Shown: positions 62,671-64,000 of the stretch, piece after piece
Numbering within the stretch: position 1 is the stretch's first letter
Layout: the number at the start of each line of letters is the position of its first letter
NCBI GenBank assembly: GCA_035545575.1
Contig: DASZYB010000045.1
Coordinates: forward strand, 6,030-70,029
Reading direction: 5' to 3'
Source of the DNA: Opitutaceae bacterium
Lineage (GTDB): Bacteria; Verrucomicrobiota; Verrucomicrobiia; Opitutales; Opitutaceae
Length of the DNA stretch: 64,000 nt
Notes under the pieces: model-generated
The model's database searches: none
Told to the model about the DNA's origin: nothing
Seen by the model: the letters and a program-made list of their open reading frames with translations, nothing else
Program-made: the position numbers and the translations under genes

Positions 62671-64000
62671 CTAGGGGACAACGAGCTGCCCGCCGACGGC
62701 GCGTTCGAGTTCGACCCGGGCGAGCCAATAGTCGCGCCACGCTTCGATGCGGCCTCGCTCGGCTTCGAGCTCCTGCTGTTTCGCGAAGAGCAGCTCATAG
62801 TTGCTCCGCTGCATCGCGTTGTACTGCAGGAGCGTTTCCTTTGAAACCGCACGGCGCTGCGGCACGATGGTGGCGTCGTAATATTCGGCGGCGGTTCGTG
62901 CGGCGACGAGTGCCGCGCGGGCGGCGCGGACCTCGGATTGGACATCAACTGCGAGCGCCTCGTAGTTCGCTTCGGCTCGCCGGAGATCAGACGAAAGCCG
63001 CGCGATATCCGCCTGCCCCTGATTGAAGACGGGCAGAGCCAACTCGACGTTCGGACCGGTGACGTGGGTATGGCCGCCGGTTCCTCCCGGTTCCCGTTCG
63101 GTGTCGATACCCAGCGTGGCATCGATCGGCAAGAAGCGCGTCGTTTGTTTGAAAGCGAGGGCCGACCGAGCCGCGGCCACCTCTGACTCGGCCGCAGCCA
63201 GGTCCAGCCGCTGTGCGATGGCCGTTTGTTCAAGCGAGTCGGATTTCGTCTCCTGCTCCGGTGGCGTCGGCAATCCGGGTGTCATCTGCCAATTGATCTC
63301 GTCGCCCGAAAGCCCGAGAAGGCGGTTCAGTTTTTCCCGGTCGTCCTGCAAGGCCGCGTCCGTGCGGGCAAGTTCGAGCTGCGCCTCCTGCATGGCCGAT
63401 TGTTGGTTCAACAGGTCCAGTCGACTGATATTGCCGGCATCGAATTGCCGCTGCGCGAAATTCACGGCGGCCTGATTGACCGAGAGAATGGCGGCCATCC
63501 GGTTCCGAAATTCCTCGCGGGCTTGAATTGCATAAGCGGCCTTCTTGGCGTCGGCCATGAGAGCGAGCGCTTCGTGCGCGACCTGCTTCTGCGCGATGGC
63601 CAGGTGTTCGCCCGCGAGCTTTTTCCGCACGGGAATGAAGAGCGCATTCAACACCTCGAACGAGAGGTTGAATTCTACGTTCGGCGGGCGCGGTTGTTTA
63701 TCCGGCCATCGCACGCTGGCGGAAAATGACGGATTGGGCAGCCGCGTGGCCGCGAGGAAGTCTGCCTCCGAGATACCGATCGTTTCGAACGTGGCGCGAA
63801 GTCGCCGGTTGTTGAGCAGAGCGACCGCGGCCGCCGTGTCCGGCGTCAATTCACGTTTGAGCAGCGCATTGACCTTTTCGTCCGTCTGCTGCTTTTCCGC
63901 CACCGTATGAGGCCACGCGGTATCCAATCCGGATCGCGTGGAGACGTCTTTCTGTACGACGTTCGACGAAGCGGGGACGCCAGCGCAGCCGGCAAGAATG
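62671..64000 (-). CDS. TolC/NodT-family outer-membrane efflux lipoprotein (5' end beyond or at window edge)
   Basis: OEP repeats are present. The frame stays open upstream of the listed Met and reads ..ILAGCAGVPASS.. (lipobox) at the window edge. Confidence 0.8.
   Translation of the reverse strand, partial: ILAGCAGVPASSNVVQKDVSTRSGLDTAWPHTVAEKQQTDEKVNALLKRELTPDTAAAVALLNNRRLRATFETIGISEADFLAATRLPNPSFSASVRWPDKQPRPPNVEFNLSFEVLNALFIPVRKKLAGEHLAIAQKQVAHEALALMADAKKAAYAIQAREEFRNRMAAILSVNQAAVNFAQRQFDAGNISRLDLLNQQSAMQEAQLELARTDAALQDDREKLNRLLGLSGDEINWQMTPGLPTPPEQETKSDSLEQTAIAQRLDLAAAESEVAAARSALAFKQTTRFLPIDATLGIDTEREPGGTGGHTHVTGPNVELALPVFNQGQADIARLSSDLRRAEANYEALAVDVQSEVRAARAALVAARTAAEYYDATIVPQRRAVSKETLLQYNAMQRSNYELLFAKQQELEAERGRIEAWRDYWLARVELERAVGGQLVVP

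Noticed and set aside
62655-63233. N-terminal 193-aa extension of the multicopper oxidase ORF
   Set aside because: The extension overlaps the TolC-family gene in another frame and is Ser/Arg/Pro-rich. The internal ATG at 62654 is followed by a Tat-type signal peptide, and the 16-nt gap to the upstream gene is sensible.

Overview
High-GC bacterial window; the DUF1552 gene and the overall gene style suggest Verrucomicrobia or Planctomycetes, but this is not verified. All family calls come from motifs read in the translated ORFs. No homology search, GC computation or structure prediction was run.

The first ~3.1 kb is ordinary chromosome: the 3' end of a DUF1552 gene, tRNA-Met, rpsB-tsf and a DUF983 gene. 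A short, visibly more A/T-rich degraded patch follows (3.2-5.3 kb). It ends at a 25-nt 3' fragment of a tRNA-Ser gene (5289-5313) that looks like an att-site scar.

From there to the window end the DNA reads as one large mosaic integrative conjugative element, with these modules:
1. Zn/Cd/Co-type metal resistance: a P1B ATPase with a CsoR/RcnR repressor and its operator, czcCBA, and a CDF transporter.
2. A ~10.5 kb defence-like island (18.3-28.8 kb): a Shedu-like DUF4263 gene plus several uncharacterised nuclease-fold genes. It includes a three-gene helicase operon that I could not place in any defence system I know. This is the best candidate for an undescribed system.
3. A complete P-type (Trb-like) type IV secretion gene set.
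4. Regulators: AraC, a receiver-only response regulator and an XRE protein.
5. A coupling protein translationally coupled to a stand-alone Clp-D2-like AAA+ ATPase.
6. A MobF/TrwC relaxase with candidate oriT palindromes.
7. A nested recombinase-in-trio (RIT) element with symmetric ~100-nt inverted ends, carrying a merR/merT-HMA cargo that lacks merA.
8. Two RadC/JAB paralogues (one degenerate) flanking an Mrr-like endonuclease gene.
9. A copper module: outer-membrane factor, multicopper oxidase, CorE-like ECF sigma, CopA, DUF302, DUF4396 and a PRC-barrel protein.

Many long ORFs antisense to real genes are high-GC artefacts and were rejected.
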